Shown here: positions 1 to 10,500 of the stretch, one piece after another
How positions within the stretch are numbered: the stretch's first letter is position 1
Layout of the letters: each line of letters opens with the position of its first letter
Source: Deferribacterales bacterium
GTDB lineage: Bacteria; Chrysiogenota; Deferribacteres; Deferribacterales; Geovibrionaceae
Direction of reading: 5' to 3'
Length of the DNA stretch: 64,000 nt
Assembly (NCBI GenBank): GCA_050253075.1
Contig: JBFWJS010000002.1
Span: 352,001 to 416,000 of the forward strand
Program-made: the position numbers and the translations under genes
The notes under the pieces: generated by a model
Database searches by the model: none
Seen by the model: only the letters and a program-made list of their open reading frames with translations
Told to the model about the DNA's origin: nothing

Positions 1-245
1 GCAAGTGGATGAAAGCGTCGGGCTTCTCACTCGGCAGTGACGAACGTCAGGACAGATGCGCACGTGTTTCAGCATCCGTGGCGTATAAGCTGGTGGAAAA
101 GCTGAACGAATGGAAAGATCAGGGTGAAGACTTCTTCGAAGAAAAGGCATGGTCAGGTCCGAAAAAATCAGGAATCACAGCCCAATACAACTGCGCATCC
201 TGCCACGGCGAAAATGTGCCGAAACCACCTCTTGCCAAAAAATAA
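1..245 (+). CDS. C-terminal part of a c-type cytochrome, split-Soret cytochrome c-like (5' end outside the window)
   Basis: Frame is open from the window edge. ERQDRCARVSASVA segment and C-terminal CASCH heme motif resemble split-Soret cytochrome c / C_GCAxxG_C_C family proteins (from recall). Confidence 0.65.
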   Translation, partial: KWMKASGFSLGSDERQDRCARVSASVAYKLVEKLNEWKDQGEDFFEEKAWSGPKKSGITAQYNCASCHGENVPKPPLAKK

Positions 246-263
246 TCTATAAGGAGTGGTTAG

Positions 264-953
264 ATGAAAAGAAGAGATTTCGTAAAAGGAATGACCGGCG
301 TGACCGTTCTGTCGCTCTCGCCTATGCCCATAATCTTTAAGAACAGGGACAAGTGGAACGGCTTCAACACCCTGACAGCAGACAGACCGGAGAAAGAGCA
401 TCACTATGCTATGGTTATCGTTCAGAACAACTGCATAGGGTGCAGAGCATGCGAAAAGGCGTGCAAGGGCGCATGGGACATATCCGAAGAGAGCGGACAT
501 TTCCGCACCAGAGTGCTCTATGGCGCTCAGGCGCAGAGTAACAATACAAAGATGACATGGCTGCCTGTGCTCTGTAACCAGTGCGACAACGCTCCATGTG
601 TAAAAGTATGCCCCACAAAGGCAAGCTATAAAAGATCAGAAGACGGTGTGATACTGGTGGATGCGGCAAAGTGCATCGGGTGCAAGACATGCATCGTAGC
701 ATGCCCCTACGACGCCAGATATTATTCCGAAGAAAAGCATACGGTCGACAAGTGTACGTTCTGTCTTCCAAAAGTCCAGCAGGGGCAGCTGCCGGCATGT
801 GTCGAACGCTGTCCTATGCAGGTCAGGTTTTTCGGCGACCTGCTCGACCCGCACTCTAAGGTGTCTAAGATACTCAAAGAGGCTGTCTCCTATCATGTGC
901 TGAAACCTGAGGCAGGTACAAAATCTAATGTGTTCTATACACAGGAAATATAG
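264..953 (+). CDS. Tat-exported 4Fe-4S dicluster electron-transfer protein (NrfC/DmsB/PsrB family)
   Basis: MKRRDFVK twin-arginine motif; four Cys groups (CIGCRACEKAC, CNQCDNAPCVKVC, CIGCKTCIVAC, KCTFC..PACVERC); AAGGAG RBS. Confidence 0.92.
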   Translation: MKRRDFVKGMTGVTVLSLSPMPIIFKNRDKWNGFNTLTADRPEKEHHYAMVIVQNNCIGCRACEKACKGAWDISEESGHFRTRVLYGAQAQSNNTKMTWLPVLCNQCDNAPCVKVCPTKASYKRSEDGVILVDAAKCIGCKTCIVACPYDARYYSEEKHTVDKCTFCLPKVQQGQLPACVERCPMQVRFFGDLLDPHSKVSKILKEAVSYHVLKPEAGTKSNVFYTQEI

Positions 954-960
954 GGGGGCG

Positions 961-2136
961 ATGATGTCTGTAAACATAAAGAATAAACAAATCTCGGCTA
1001 TGCCTTTCATACTGCTCGGGCTGGTGCTCGTGGCTGTCGGCGGCATTTCGGCGATTACAGTTTTCATAAAAGGTCACGAGACTATGTACGGCGTTACACG
1101 TCAGATGCCGTGGGGGCTGCTCATCGCTACCTATGCGTATTTTGTAATAACCTCCACAGGGCTCGCATTCATAGGCGGGCTGGGGCACGCATTCGGATAT
1201 GAGAAATATGCCGTCATCAGCAGACGCATCGTCGTCCTCGCTACCGTTGTGCTCCTTGCCGGCTTCACACAGATACTCATGGAGATAGGCCAGCCGCTGA
1301 AGATGGTGTATATGATGATATCGCCAAACCCTACGGCGCCTATATTCTGGATGGGCATATTCTACAGCGTAGAGCTGGTGATACTCGCCTTTGAGCTTTA
1401 CCTCATATTCAAACCGAATCAAACGGAAAGAGACCATAAAATGGCGGCCGGTGCGGGATTCATGGCGCTTTTAGTCGGTGTTTTAGCCACCAGCAACCTC
1501 GGGTTCGTTTTCGGATCTATCTCAGCCAGAGCGTGGTTTCAGGGGATATATTTTTCGACATTTCTGGTGATATCAGGCATATCCGCAGGCGCAGGCCTCC
1601 TTATACTTGTGCACTATGTAATATATAAAGGCAGAGTGCCCGAAGACACCAAAGATGCACTTATCTCACTCGGTAAATTGATGGGCGGCGGCATCGCACT
1701 GATGCTTTTCCTGTATGTATGGAAAATGTTCTCATCCGTGTTCATAGGCTCAGGCGATGCCTACGCTTCCGCAATGGCGCTTCTCAACGGTGCATACAGC
1801 CTTAATTTCTGGGTGGGGGAGATACTCATGGCAGTTGTCATACCTCTCCTGCTGATAATGACAGCGAAAGGACGCATAGGCAGACTTGCCTTTGGCGGGT
1901 TCATATTCCTCATCGGGCTGTTTTTCACCAGATACGACTTTGTCGTGGTGGGTCAGCTTCCGCCGATGCGTGCGGGCTTTTTCGGCTCGGGCGCACTGAC
2001 AGATGTTGTGGGGCTGGATTTCTATTCGCCTTCCATGACGGAGTGGCTGATATACCTTTTAGGTTTCGGTGTATTTTTCCTCTTATATTTCTCTGCGGAA
2101 AAGTTTCTGAACCTCGAAACAATGGACAAACACTAG
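961..2136 (+). CDS. NrfD/PsrC family membrane anchor (quinol-interacting subunit)
   Basis: PWGLLIATYAYF, EIGQP, SPNPTAPIFW and RYDFVVVGQ motifs; about 10 hydrophobic helices. Start placed at ATG 961 after a G-rich RBS. Confidence 0.9.
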   Translation: MMSVNIKNKQISAMPFILLGLVLVAVGGISAITVFIKGHETMYGVTRQMPWGLLIATYAYFVITSTGLAFIGGLGHAFGYEKYAVISRRIVVLATVVLLAGFTQILMEIGQPLKMVYMMISPNPTAPIFWMGIFYSVELVILAFELYLIFKPNQTERDHKMAAGAGFMALLVGVLATSNLGFVFGSISARAWFQGIYFSTFLVISGISAGAGLLILVHYVIYKGRVPEDTKDALISLGKLMGGGIALMLFLYVWKMFSSVFIGSGDAYASAMALLNGAYSLNFWVGEILMAVVIPLLLIMTAKGRIGRLAFGGFIFLIGLFFTRYDFVVVGQLPPMRAGFFGSGALTDVVGLDFYSPSMTEWLIYLLGFGVFFLLYFSAEKFLNLETMDKH

Positions 2137-2163
2137 CGAATTAGGGACCGCTGGTATAATATG

Positions 2164-2191
2164 CGGGGCTTCTTTTGCCAGGGAGGCCCCG
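2164..2191. terminator. Hairpin between convergent genes, probable intrinsic terminator
   Basis: CGGGGCTTC...GAGGCCCCG stem. Confidence 0.6.
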
Positions 2192-2199
2192 TTATTTAA

Positions 2200-2586
2200 T
2201 CAGAATTTATCCAGAATATCCTTCTGAGAATCGAGGAACCCTTCAAAGTTTTCACACAGCTCCCAGTAAAGTTTGATGACACGCATCCCCTCCTCCGTGA
2301 GCTCTGCTCCGCCTCCGCCTGTTCCGCCGGTGCTCTTTATCACCAGAGGCTTTTCAGACATGGAGTTTATGCTCTCCACCAGCTTCCACGCACGGCTGTA
2401 AGACATCTTTTCAGAAGATGCCGCCTTTGATATCGAGCCGTATTCGAGTATCTTTTCCAGAAAGATGATCTTGCCCAGACCGAGGAAGTTTTTGTCGTCA
2501 CGGTCTATCCATATACGCCCGCTGAGGGTCGTGTTTCCCGAGCGTTTTTTCAGTTCTATTCGTTTTGTCATATCATTTCTTCGCAT
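2200..2586 (-). CDS. ModE-family winged-helix regulator without molybdate-binding domains
   Basis: GRIWI..FLGLGKI..GSISKAA..MSYSRAW..GGTGGGGAELT pattern of the ModE N-terminal domain; only about 125 aa. Confidence 0.85.
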   Translation of the reverse strand: MRRNDMTKRIELKKRSGNTTLSGRIWIDRDDKNFLGLGKIIFLEKILEYGSISKAASSEKMSYSRAWKLVESINSMSEKPLVIKSTGGTGGGGAELTEEGMRVIKLYWELCENFEGFLDSQKDILDKF

Positions 2587-2631
2587 TTATAGAGTTTATT
2601 GAACTTATCATTGTTTTTATACCAAGGCAAA

Positions 2632-3510
2632 TCAGTCTTTCCACACTGTCCTTATGGTTTGCCCGAAAGACTTGAATATCCGGTCGCTCCCTCTGCTCAT
2701 CAGCCAGCCTATATACAGAGAGACCATATATGTCTTCACCGGCCATATGGCCACATAGCCCTCTTCCACCAGCTTTTCGGCTATGCTCTGCTGCATGATG
2801 GCAGCGCCCTGCCCCTCCTTCACCAGCTCACGCACGATGTTTTCATCCTCTGTGGTGATGACCTTATCCGGCTCTATCCCCCTCTCCTCAAACTCTCTCC
2901 GAAGCTCCTGATAAAATGGACATCCTTTGAACGTCCACACCCACGGCAGCTTCACGATATCCTCATGGGACAGCTTCGAAGGGTCGTCACAAAATGATTT
3001 CGGTATTACCACACAGATAGGCACATCCGCCACCTTTGACCTTTCGATATCTTCAGACATCTCGTATTCGAAGTAAAAACCGAGGTCGATCTTTCCACGC
3101 TTCAGCATATCTTCCGTTTTTCTGGTTTCGCTGACCATGAAGATGATGTTCAGCTGAGGAAAGCAGGCGGAGAGCTTTGCGTTCATAGCGGCTATTTTAA
3201 GGGATGCGGGGTCTGTGTTCAGCCCTATGGTGAGGGTTGTGACATGCTCATCGCTGAGGGAGAACGCCTTGCTCTTCATAGATTCGGCAGAGGTCAGTAT
3301 GTTTCGGGCATAGCTTATCAGCTCTTCTCCGCTGACGGTCAGCTCCATCCCCTTCGAGGACCTTTCGAAAAGGCTCAGCCGCAGCTCTTCCTCCAGCTGT
3401 CTCAGCTTTGTGCTCAGTGCCGACTGGCTTATGTTCAGGTTGCACGCCGCCTTTGTGAGATTCCCCGTGTCTGCTATCTCTGTGAAAGCGTAAAGCTGGC
3501 TTATCTCCAT
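2632..3510 (-). CDS. LysR-family transcriptional regulator
   Basis: N-terminal HTH LTKAACNLNISQSALSTKLRQLEEEL..LFER; 292 aa; GGAGGGAG RBS. Confidence 0.95.
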   Translation of the reverse strand: MEISQLYAFTEIADTGNLTKAACNLNISQSALSTKLRQLEEELRLSLFERSSKGMELTVSGEELISYARNILTSAESMKSKAFSLSDEHVTTLTIGLNTDPASLKIAAMNAKLSACFPQLNIIFMVSETRKTEDMLKRGKIDLGFYFEYEMSEDIERSKVADVPICVVIPKSFCDDPSKLSHEDIVKLPWVWTFKGCPFYQELRREFEERGIEPDKVITTEDENIVRELVKEGQGAAIMQQSIAEKLVEEGYVAIWPVKTYMVSLYIGWLMSRGSDRIFKSFGQTIRTVWKD

Positions 3511-3520
3511 AGCTCCCTCC

Positions 3521-3537
3521 GTTCTGTTTTACAGAAC
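3521..3537. promoter_or_regulatory. LysR-type T-N11-A palindromic box in the divergent promoter
   Basis: GTTCTG-TTTTA-CAGAAC just upstream of the lysR start. Confidence 0.6.
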
Positions 3538-3654
3538 GCATTGTTCTGATTATTCGATTTGACTACACATATAATTACTTATATTAAAATAGATTACAAG
3601 ATATACATTACATCGGCAAACAGCTAGATGTTTCGAAATACCGAATGAGGAACA

Positions 3655-4866
3655 ATGATGGACAACAAAAAGATAGGCACTGCAAAACTGTGCGGGCTCA
3701 TAGTAGGCCCCATATTAGGATCGGGGATAATCATACTGCCGCCTATCAGTCTGAACATTATGGGTGAGTGGGCGATATACGGCTGGATAACCATCATGTG
3801 CATCAGCTTCATGTTCGCCCATGTTTTCGGAAAGCTGTCTGTGATGTTCCCCGGGGATGCGGGTGTTTCAAACGCTGTGGAGCAGGCATTCGGCAAAGGG
3901 GTGAAACAGCTCACGTCTTTTTATCTGGCCGGTGCGGCATGCTTCGGTCCTGTGGCGGTACTGCTGACCGCATCGGATTATGCAAATGTATCAGGCACTT
4001 TAAACGAACACCTCTTGGCCGCAGGCTTCCTTATCCTCTCCATGTTCTTACTGCTGAGGAGGCTGACTCACATAGGCACCGTGTCCTTCATACTGACATC
4101 TGCCGCAGCCGTCATACTCTTCATAGGGAGCGCATCGGGGCTTTCAGACGGAGGTCTCAGCCTCAGCCCCACAGAGCCTTTCAGCGTTCAGAGCTTTGGC
4201 TACGGACTGCTTCTGCTCTTCTGGACTATCGTAGGATGGGAGATAATAGGAAACTTTTCAAATGATATAAAAGACCCCGAAAGAACAATGCCGAGGGCAA
4301 TATTCATCAGCGTGCTTCTGATAGCGGGCATAAGCCTGATAGTGGTCGCCGCCCTTCAGACCAGATATCCGCAGCAGGATATCTCGATCACACTGCTGCT
4401 GAAGCCCATCTTCGGCGGTACTGCCCCGTATGTAACTGCTTTCCTCACACTGTCACTGTGCATCACGACATATCTGGCATTCACGGGTGCAGTGGCGAGG
4501 CTCCTTAACGCCCTATCCACAGACGGAAAGCTCCCCCGGTGGCTGAAAATACGAAACACGTCAAACGCCCCCGCAGCAGGCATTTATGTCATGATATCCA
4601 TACACGCCCTTGCGCTTATAATGGTTTCAGGCGGTTGGCTGAATGTAGAAAAGCTGGTCTCCATAGCCGACGGATTCTTTCTGGCGAATGCTCTGACGGG
4701 TATCCTGGCGGGAATAAAGATATTTAAAAGCAAGAGGGAGAAATGGCTCTCAGTCTTTTTAGCAGTCCTGCTGTGCATCATCCTGCTCTTTTCAAACATC
4801 TATGTGATAGCAGTCATCATAATAATGGCATTTGCCATACCGAAGATGGTCTCCGCCGACCGCTAA
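3655..4866 (+). CDS. APC-family amino acid permease/exporter (YjeH-like)
   Basis: ILGSGI and FWTIVGWE motifs, KDPERTMPRA, about 12 TM segments; divergent from the LysR gene. Confidence 0.8.
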   Translation: MMDNKKIGTAKLCGLIVGPILGSGIIILPPISLNIMGEWAIYGWITIMCISFMFAHVFGKLSVMFPGDAGVSNAVEQAFGKGVKQLTSFYLAGAACFGPVAVLLTASDYANVSGTLNEHLLAAGFLILSMFLLLRRLTHIGTVSFILTSAAAVILFIGSASGLSDGGLSLSPTEPFSVQSFGYGLLLLFWTIVGWEIIGNFSNDIKDPERTMPRAIFISVLLIAGISLIVVAALQTRYPQQDISITLLLKPIFGGTAPYVTAFLTLSLCITTYLAFTGAVARLLNALSTDGKLPRWLKIRNTSNAPAAGIYVMISIHALALIMVSGGWLNVEKLVSIADGFFLANALTGILAGIKIFKSKREKWLSVFLAVLLCIILLFSNIYVIAVIIIMAFAIPKMVSADR

Positions 4867-4984
4867 CACTATAATGGCATTATACATATAAATACTTTCC
4901 GGTTCATTTACTGCCGCCTTTATTGTGACAATTAGTGTAGCAAATTTAGCTATGAAATTCTCATAATGGGGGGTAACATATTTC

Positions 4985-5839
4985 ATGAAAAACATACTGA
5001 CTATTTTATTTATATTACTCAGCCTGAACCTGTATGCCGAGCCTCTGCGCTTCGGCATAGCTTCTATAATATCACCCGAGGAGTCCCTCGCCCTTTATCA
5101 CGACTTTAACGACTATATAGGCGACAAGCTCGGACGTGATGTAGAAACAGTGATCAAAAGAGACTACGACGTCATGAACCAGATGCTGAAAAGCTCCAGT
5201 GTGGACATAGCATCGATATGCACGGGTGCTGTGGCTTATCTGGACGATTCGGACATCCGCATAATAGCCGTGCCCGAAGTTCAGGGGAAGCACTCGTATC
5301 AGTCGTACATCATAACAAACACCGAAAGCGGCATAAAGGATGTGAACGGTCTGAAAGGGAGCACATTCGCCTTTACGGACAGGCTTTCAAACAGCGGGAC
5401 GATATACCCGACATTCCTTATCATCAAAATTTTCAGCAAAACACCCGAAGAGATATTCAAAAACGTCTATTACACCAAGAGCCACGACAAGTCTATCTAT
5501 CTGGTGAATAAGGGTGTTGTGGATGCTGCAGCAGTGGACAGCCTTATATACGACTATATAAAGAAGACCCGCCCGGCAGAGGTCTCCAACACAGAGATAA
5601 TACATAAATCTCCTGAGATAATAGCTCCGCCGATAGTCGCATCGGGCACTCTGGATGAGACGATTTTCTTGAAGATACAGGACATTCTGCTGAATATGCA
5701 CAAAACAAACGAAGGCTCAGAGATACTTAAACATCTGAACATAGACAAGTTTGTAAAGGCGGACATGGCGGATTTTAAAACTATCAGAGAGATAAGGCAG
5801 GCAGTTGAAACATTTAATTCTGAAAGTAATACCAAATAG
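4985..5839 (+). CDS. Periplasmic oxyanion-binding protein, PhnD/phosphonate-binding fold (AioX/ArxX-like role inferred)
   Basis: Signal peptide; YQSYII, FAFTDRLSNSG, SHDKSI..V..G.VDAAAV motifs; Cys in DIASICTGA. No ABC permease or ATPase adjacent; overlaps the kinase gene. Confidence 0.8.
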   Translation: MKNILTILFILLSLNLYAEPLRFGIASIISPEESLALYHDFNDYIGDKLGRDVETVIKRDYDVMNQMLKSSSVDIASICTGAVAYLDDSDIRIIAVPEVQGKHSYQSYIITNTESGIKDVNGLKGSTFAFTDRLSNSGTIYPTFLIIKIFSKTPEEIFKNVYYTKSHDKSIYLVNKGVVDAAAVDSLIYDYIKKTRPAEVSNTEIIHKSPEIIAPPIVASGTLDETIFLKIQDILLNMHKTNEGSEILKHLNIDKFVKADMADFKTIREIRQAVETFNSESNTK

Positions 5840-7187
5840 TTTCAGCAAGAGGATAGCATTCCTTATACTCATCCTCGCTTTCCTGACAATGAGCATAAAT
5901 GTCATTGTGACCATATTCTACGAGTATTCAAACACATACAACAACGCCCGAAAGATGATAGACTCTCAGTTCAGCATCATGTCGAAAGACATATCCGAAG
6001 CCATCATCACAGACGACATCTACAGGCTGTATACTATGACAGAGGAAGTATCCAGCAATATCAGCCACATAGACAACATCATCATATTCGACTCCAAGAA
6101 GGGCTACATCACAGATGCGAAGGTGCGCAAAACCCCGCCTGAAAGAAATGAGCTGTTCGTCACCATAGAAAAAGAGCTTTTCGTAGGGTCACATAAGACT
6201 GTGGGCTATATAGATTTTTACATCAGCAGACAGTCGATACTTAACAGCGTGCTGAAGAATGTCGCCGTACTCATCCTCATAAACGGGCTGGTGCTGATAT
6301 TCGGTGCGATGGCGGGTATGTTCATCAGCAACAAGCTGACATGGCCTATGCTCTCGCTATCGGAGCAGATATCAAAGCTGGATGTTCTCAATCTGCCTTA
6401 CAAGGTCTCACTGCCGATATACAGCTCGAAAGAAACGCAGCAGCTGAAGAACGTTATCGAAGACCTGTCTGAAAACCTGAAAGAATCGCTGGATAAGATA
6501 AGCCAGCAGCAGAAGGACATATCAAGGTCTGAGAGGCTGGCATACATAGGCACTATGTCTGCGGGGCTGGCGCACGAGCTGAAAAACCCGATAATGTCCA
6601 TAAACCTGATACTGGAGTCGCTGGCGGCTGATTATAAGAACGATAAACAGTTTCAGGAGGACTACCGTATAATAAAGGCACAGGCGGACAAGCTTGTCTA
6701 CAGGATAAACGAATTCCTCAATTACTCTAAACCTATCAGCCTGAACAACAAACCCGACATGCTCTTTGACATAATATCTGAGATAAAGCGTCAGAGCTAT
6801 TCGATGAAGCTGTCCGGGCTGGATATCATCACCGACGCAAAGGCAGATATCCCGATGAACATAGACAGGGATAAATTTATACAGATATTCGAAATACTGC
6901 TGAACAACTCCAAGGATGCAGGAGCATACAAGGTTTCGCTGGAGTTTTATGAAGCCGAAGAGAAACTGAATGTGACATATGAAGACAACGGACCGGGCTT
7001 TGCCGAAAGCGAAGTTGCTAAGATAATGCTCCCCTTCTACAGCACAAAGAAAGAGGGCTCAGGTCTCGGGCTTGCCATCTGCTCTGCCATAATAGATGCC
7101 ATGGGCGGTATCATCACTGCTGAAAACCTCTCCGCCGGGGGCGCATGCTTCAAAATGAACATACCGCTCGAGTCTCAGCAGCCGTAA
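5805..7187 (+). CDS. Membrane sensor histidine kinase (HAMP, NtrB-like H-box)
   Basis: Two TM helices, AGLAHELKNP H-box, DNGPG, PFYSTK, GSGLGL. Confidence 0.92.
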   Translation: MKHLILKVIPNSFSKRIAFLILILAFLTMSINVIVTIFYEYSNTYNNARKMIDSQFSIMSKDISEAIITDDIYRLYTMTEEVSSNISHIDNIIIFDSKKGYITDAKVRKTPPERNELFVTIEKELFVGSHKTVGYIDFYISRQSILNSVLKNVAVLILINGLVLIFGAMAGMFISNKLTWPMLSLSEQISKLDVLNLPYKVSLPIYSSKETQQLKNVIEDLSENLKESLDKISQQQKDISRSERLAYIGTMSAGLAHELKNPIMSINLILESLAADYKNDKQFQEDYRIIKAQADKLVYRINEFLNYSKPISLNNKPDMLFDIISEIKRQSYSMKLSGLDIITDAKADIPMNIDRDKFIQIFEILLNNSKDAGAYKVSLEFYEAEEKLNVTYEDNGPGFAESEVAKIMLPFYSTKKEGSGLGLAICSAIIDAMGGIITAENLSAGGACFKMNIPLESQQP

Positions 7188-7528
7188 TCTCTCTCTTCCA
7201 ATATCACCTTATCCAGCTTCAGCTTTACTGCTTCGCTTTTCTCGCCTGACTTTATAGTAATGATGACCTCGTCACCTTCGAAACAGCCGTTTTCAAAATA
7301 TATCGCCCCTTCGTCTGAGCGGTAGGTCTCGCCGTTTTTCGTGATATTCTCCATACGCTGGATTTTGATGCAGGGCATGTTTATATCTATATTAAAGCTC
7401 TCTATGCTGTTCAGTTTTATACGAAAGTTTTCGAACTCCCTCACCTTCTCAGGCTTTGCGTTTATGAGATCGCCCGCATTGGCTGTCAGTGCTGTCATCA
7501 GGAGCATCAGTGATAAAAAGTATTTCAT
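7175..7528 (-). CDS. Hypothetical exported protein
   Basis: MKYFLSLMLLMTALTANA signal peptide after a GAGGT RBS. Confidence 0.65.
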   Translation of the reverse strand: MKYFLSLMLLMTALTANAGDLINAKPEKVREFENFRIKLNSIESFNIDINMPCIKIQRMENITKNGETYRSDEGAIYFENGCFEGDEVIITIKSGEKSEAVKLKLDKVILEERDYGC

Positions 7529-7540
7529 AACGAACCTCAT

Positions 7541-7573
7541 AAAAAAAGGCGGGGCACACTTCTGCACCCCGCC
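7541..7573 (-). terminator. Intrinsic terminator of the reductase operon
   Basis: GGCGGGG/CCCCGCC stem followed by a 7-U tract on the minus strand, 9 nt after the stop codon. Confidence 0.85.
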
Positions 7574-7582
7574 GTGATTGAT

Positions 7583-10500
7583 CTATGCTTTTACAATAGT
7601 TACTTTTGTATCATAGAAGGATGCGCTTCCTCCTATCTTGTCTGTTGCGCACATGTTCTTCAGCACGGGGTCAACGGCATTTGCAGCATTACTGCAAAGT
7701 CCTTTTGCCCGCTTAGGCTCGCCCTTGATCACCTCTCCGTCGAGGATGATGTCGGATGAACCGTATGCCCAGTGTCCATAGTGCCATGATACTGCCACTG
7801 TTCCGGGGCGGATGGTCTCTGTGACAACCAGCTTGCCTGTCATTGGGACTTTACGTCCGTTATTCAGATCCCATACTCCGTCAGGGTTGAAAGCAGATAC
7901 TATAGTGCCCATTTCGCCGTCTTTCAGACCGAGCCTTTTAGCATCGCTTGTGTGTATCATTATGCCGTTTTCAGGCATATGGAGTTCGTTCGACCAGTAG
8001 TTGCCTATTGTTCTGGACTGACCGCCTGTTATCTCTTTGAAAGTGATAAGGTCGAGGTCTGCACCTTTGAAATCAAAAGGTCTGTCGAACATGTCGCCTG
8101 CGATGGTATAGACAGGGTATCCGAGGAAGCGTTTACCTGTCATGGAGTCCTTCGCAGTGGCTACACGAGGCACATAGAGGCTGATCTTATTCTTGAACTT
8201 ATGCGCCACCTTGTCTCCGCTGTATGCCTTCGGCAGGAATTCGAAACGTCCGCCCCTGTTCAGGGTGTAGACTATCTGCGCCCAGTTTTTGGTATGAGAC
8301 TTTGCTCTCTCCATGTCGAATGCCGCAGGTGAAAGATGCTTTCTAGCATTGAGGAAAGTTTTCATCTCTTCGGCATCGGCAGCAGGTACACCGTCCCCTT
8401 CCATGGCGATGTTTTCTATCAGCTTCATGAAGAAGTCTTCCTCACGCATGTTGTCCATGCCTTCGCCGAATCCGTCTTTGCCGAATCCGCCGAGGCCGAG
8501 TCTCTCAGCGATGGCATATGCCACAGCTTCCATAGAGAGGTGTACTGTCTGGCCGTATACGGTTGTGGTGTCTGTCATCGGCTCTACGATAGGCTGTCTT
8601 ATCTTCGATATCTTCGAAGCTACGTCAGGTGTTGTATGGGATGTTCCCCATCTTTCCCAGATGGCCTTATCAGGGAAGATGTAGTCTGCGTACATACTTG
8701 TCTCGCCCACGACGATATCTGATGATATGTGCAGAGGGAGCTTTTTAGTATCGCAGAGCATCTCGATAAACACGTTACCCGCAGGAGAAGCATAAGCCGC
8801 TGTTCCCATGTGTGTGAACAGACACTTGATACCGTAAGGATATTTGTCGTCGCCTGACGGTATGATCTCCTGATACACATTGCCTGTGAACGGATAGAAA
8901 GGACGTTTTGCAGGGTATCCGTTGAAGAATGAAGTCTTTTCATAGACAGTCTTCTCCCTTGTGATAGGATATCCGAATTTTCCGAGCTTGTTATTAACGA
9001 GCTTGCCCATGTCGTATGGGTTTCCGCCTTTACCGCCGTATTCGTGCCAGTGGCCTCCGCCTATCATCATACCGCCTGTCCAGTCTGCATTACCCATGAG
9101 AACGTTCAGGGCGATGATAGCCGTAGCGTTGTAGTATCCGTTAGTATGCTGTACAGGGCCTCTGTAGAAATCTATCGATGTCTGCTTGCCATAGTTTGTG
9201 TATTCCTTAGCTACGAGCTCTATGTCGCTCGCAGGCACACCGCATATCTCTGCCCATTCTGAGACAGTCTTCTCAAATGCAGACTCTTTATAGATAGTGA
9301 ATGCCGATTTAACCTTGATACCGTTTATAACTGTATCAACTTCAAGCTCGCCTGTCACAGCGTCGCCCTTCTCGGTTCCTGCGACAGCTTTTCCGCCGCT
9401 CATGACGACAAAGTCGCCTTCCATGCCGATGTCGGACGGTTTAAGTATATCCGCAGGGCCGTCTTTCTCTATCTTCACCAGCCATGAAGAGTTAGAGAAT
9501 GTTGTCTCGCTGAGTGCTGCGCCCGCCTTAAAGTTTGCAGCGGCGAGGTATTTTGCGTCAAATCTGCCTTTTTCGATCATCCATCTGGCCATACCCAGAG
9601 CAAATGCGGCGTCTGTGCCCGCTTTGATAGGTATCCACTTTGTAGCTTTCGCTGCTGTTTTGGAGAATCTAGGGTCAATGACGTAAACCTTCATACCGCG
9701 CTCTGTCAGACCCTGTGTGATCTTTTCACTGAGCGGCGGTGGTCCGAAGTTTGCTTCGAATCCCCCTGTTCCAAAGTAAAGAACGCATTTGGTATTCATG
9801 ATATCAGGCTTCAGGTGTGTCTTGCCCGAATACATCTCTGCGTATCCGATGTGGTGGGACTGCTCGCATATTGTTGTATGCTCAAAGAAGTTTGGCGAGC
9901 CGAAGCAGTCCTGCATAAAGCGTTTCATAAACTCTTTACGTCCGTGCTCGATACGTCCGCCCATAAAGACGAACTGAGCGTTTGCAGGGCCGGCATCAGG
10001 ATGCTCAGGGTTCGCAAACATGTCCATCATGCCTGCGTACTTCGCTTTAAAGTCTGCCATAGACATCTTTTTGCCTGCGACAGCTTTTGCATCTTCTGCC
10101 ATCTTCTTCATTGTTTTAGAGTCGCGTACTTTATATATGTCTTTGAGACCTTCTACGTTTCTGCTCTCTTCACCGGGGACTTTCGCAAAGATGTTTCCGC
10201 CGTTTACGATCTCGTCCACAGCCTGATTGAAGTCTATGCTCTCCCACTTATTCTCGCCCCTTTTACCCGCTCTTTTCAGCACTTTTGTCACTCTGTACGG
10301 GTCATAAAGGGACTGTATGCCTGCCTGACCTTTCGGGCATATCTTTGCATCTATGCGTGCGCTCCTCTCGAGGGGCTCTGTCATTTCGATGTTAGGATAA
10401 AGGTTCTGCGCTGCGTATGGGTTTCCGTCTATTTTCAGAAGCACGCCTTCCGCCACCTTGCCTTTGATAGCGCAGGCAGTGTGACACTGCAGACAGATGG

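Noticed and set aside
89..96. GCTGGTGG (E. coli Chi) in a window that encodes recBCD
   Set aside because: Chi sequences are lineage-specific, and isolated 8-mers in coding DNA are expected by chance.
4985..5839. Phosphonate ABC transporter (phnD) call
   Set aside because: No phnC or phnE neighbours; the gene overlaps a sensor kinase.
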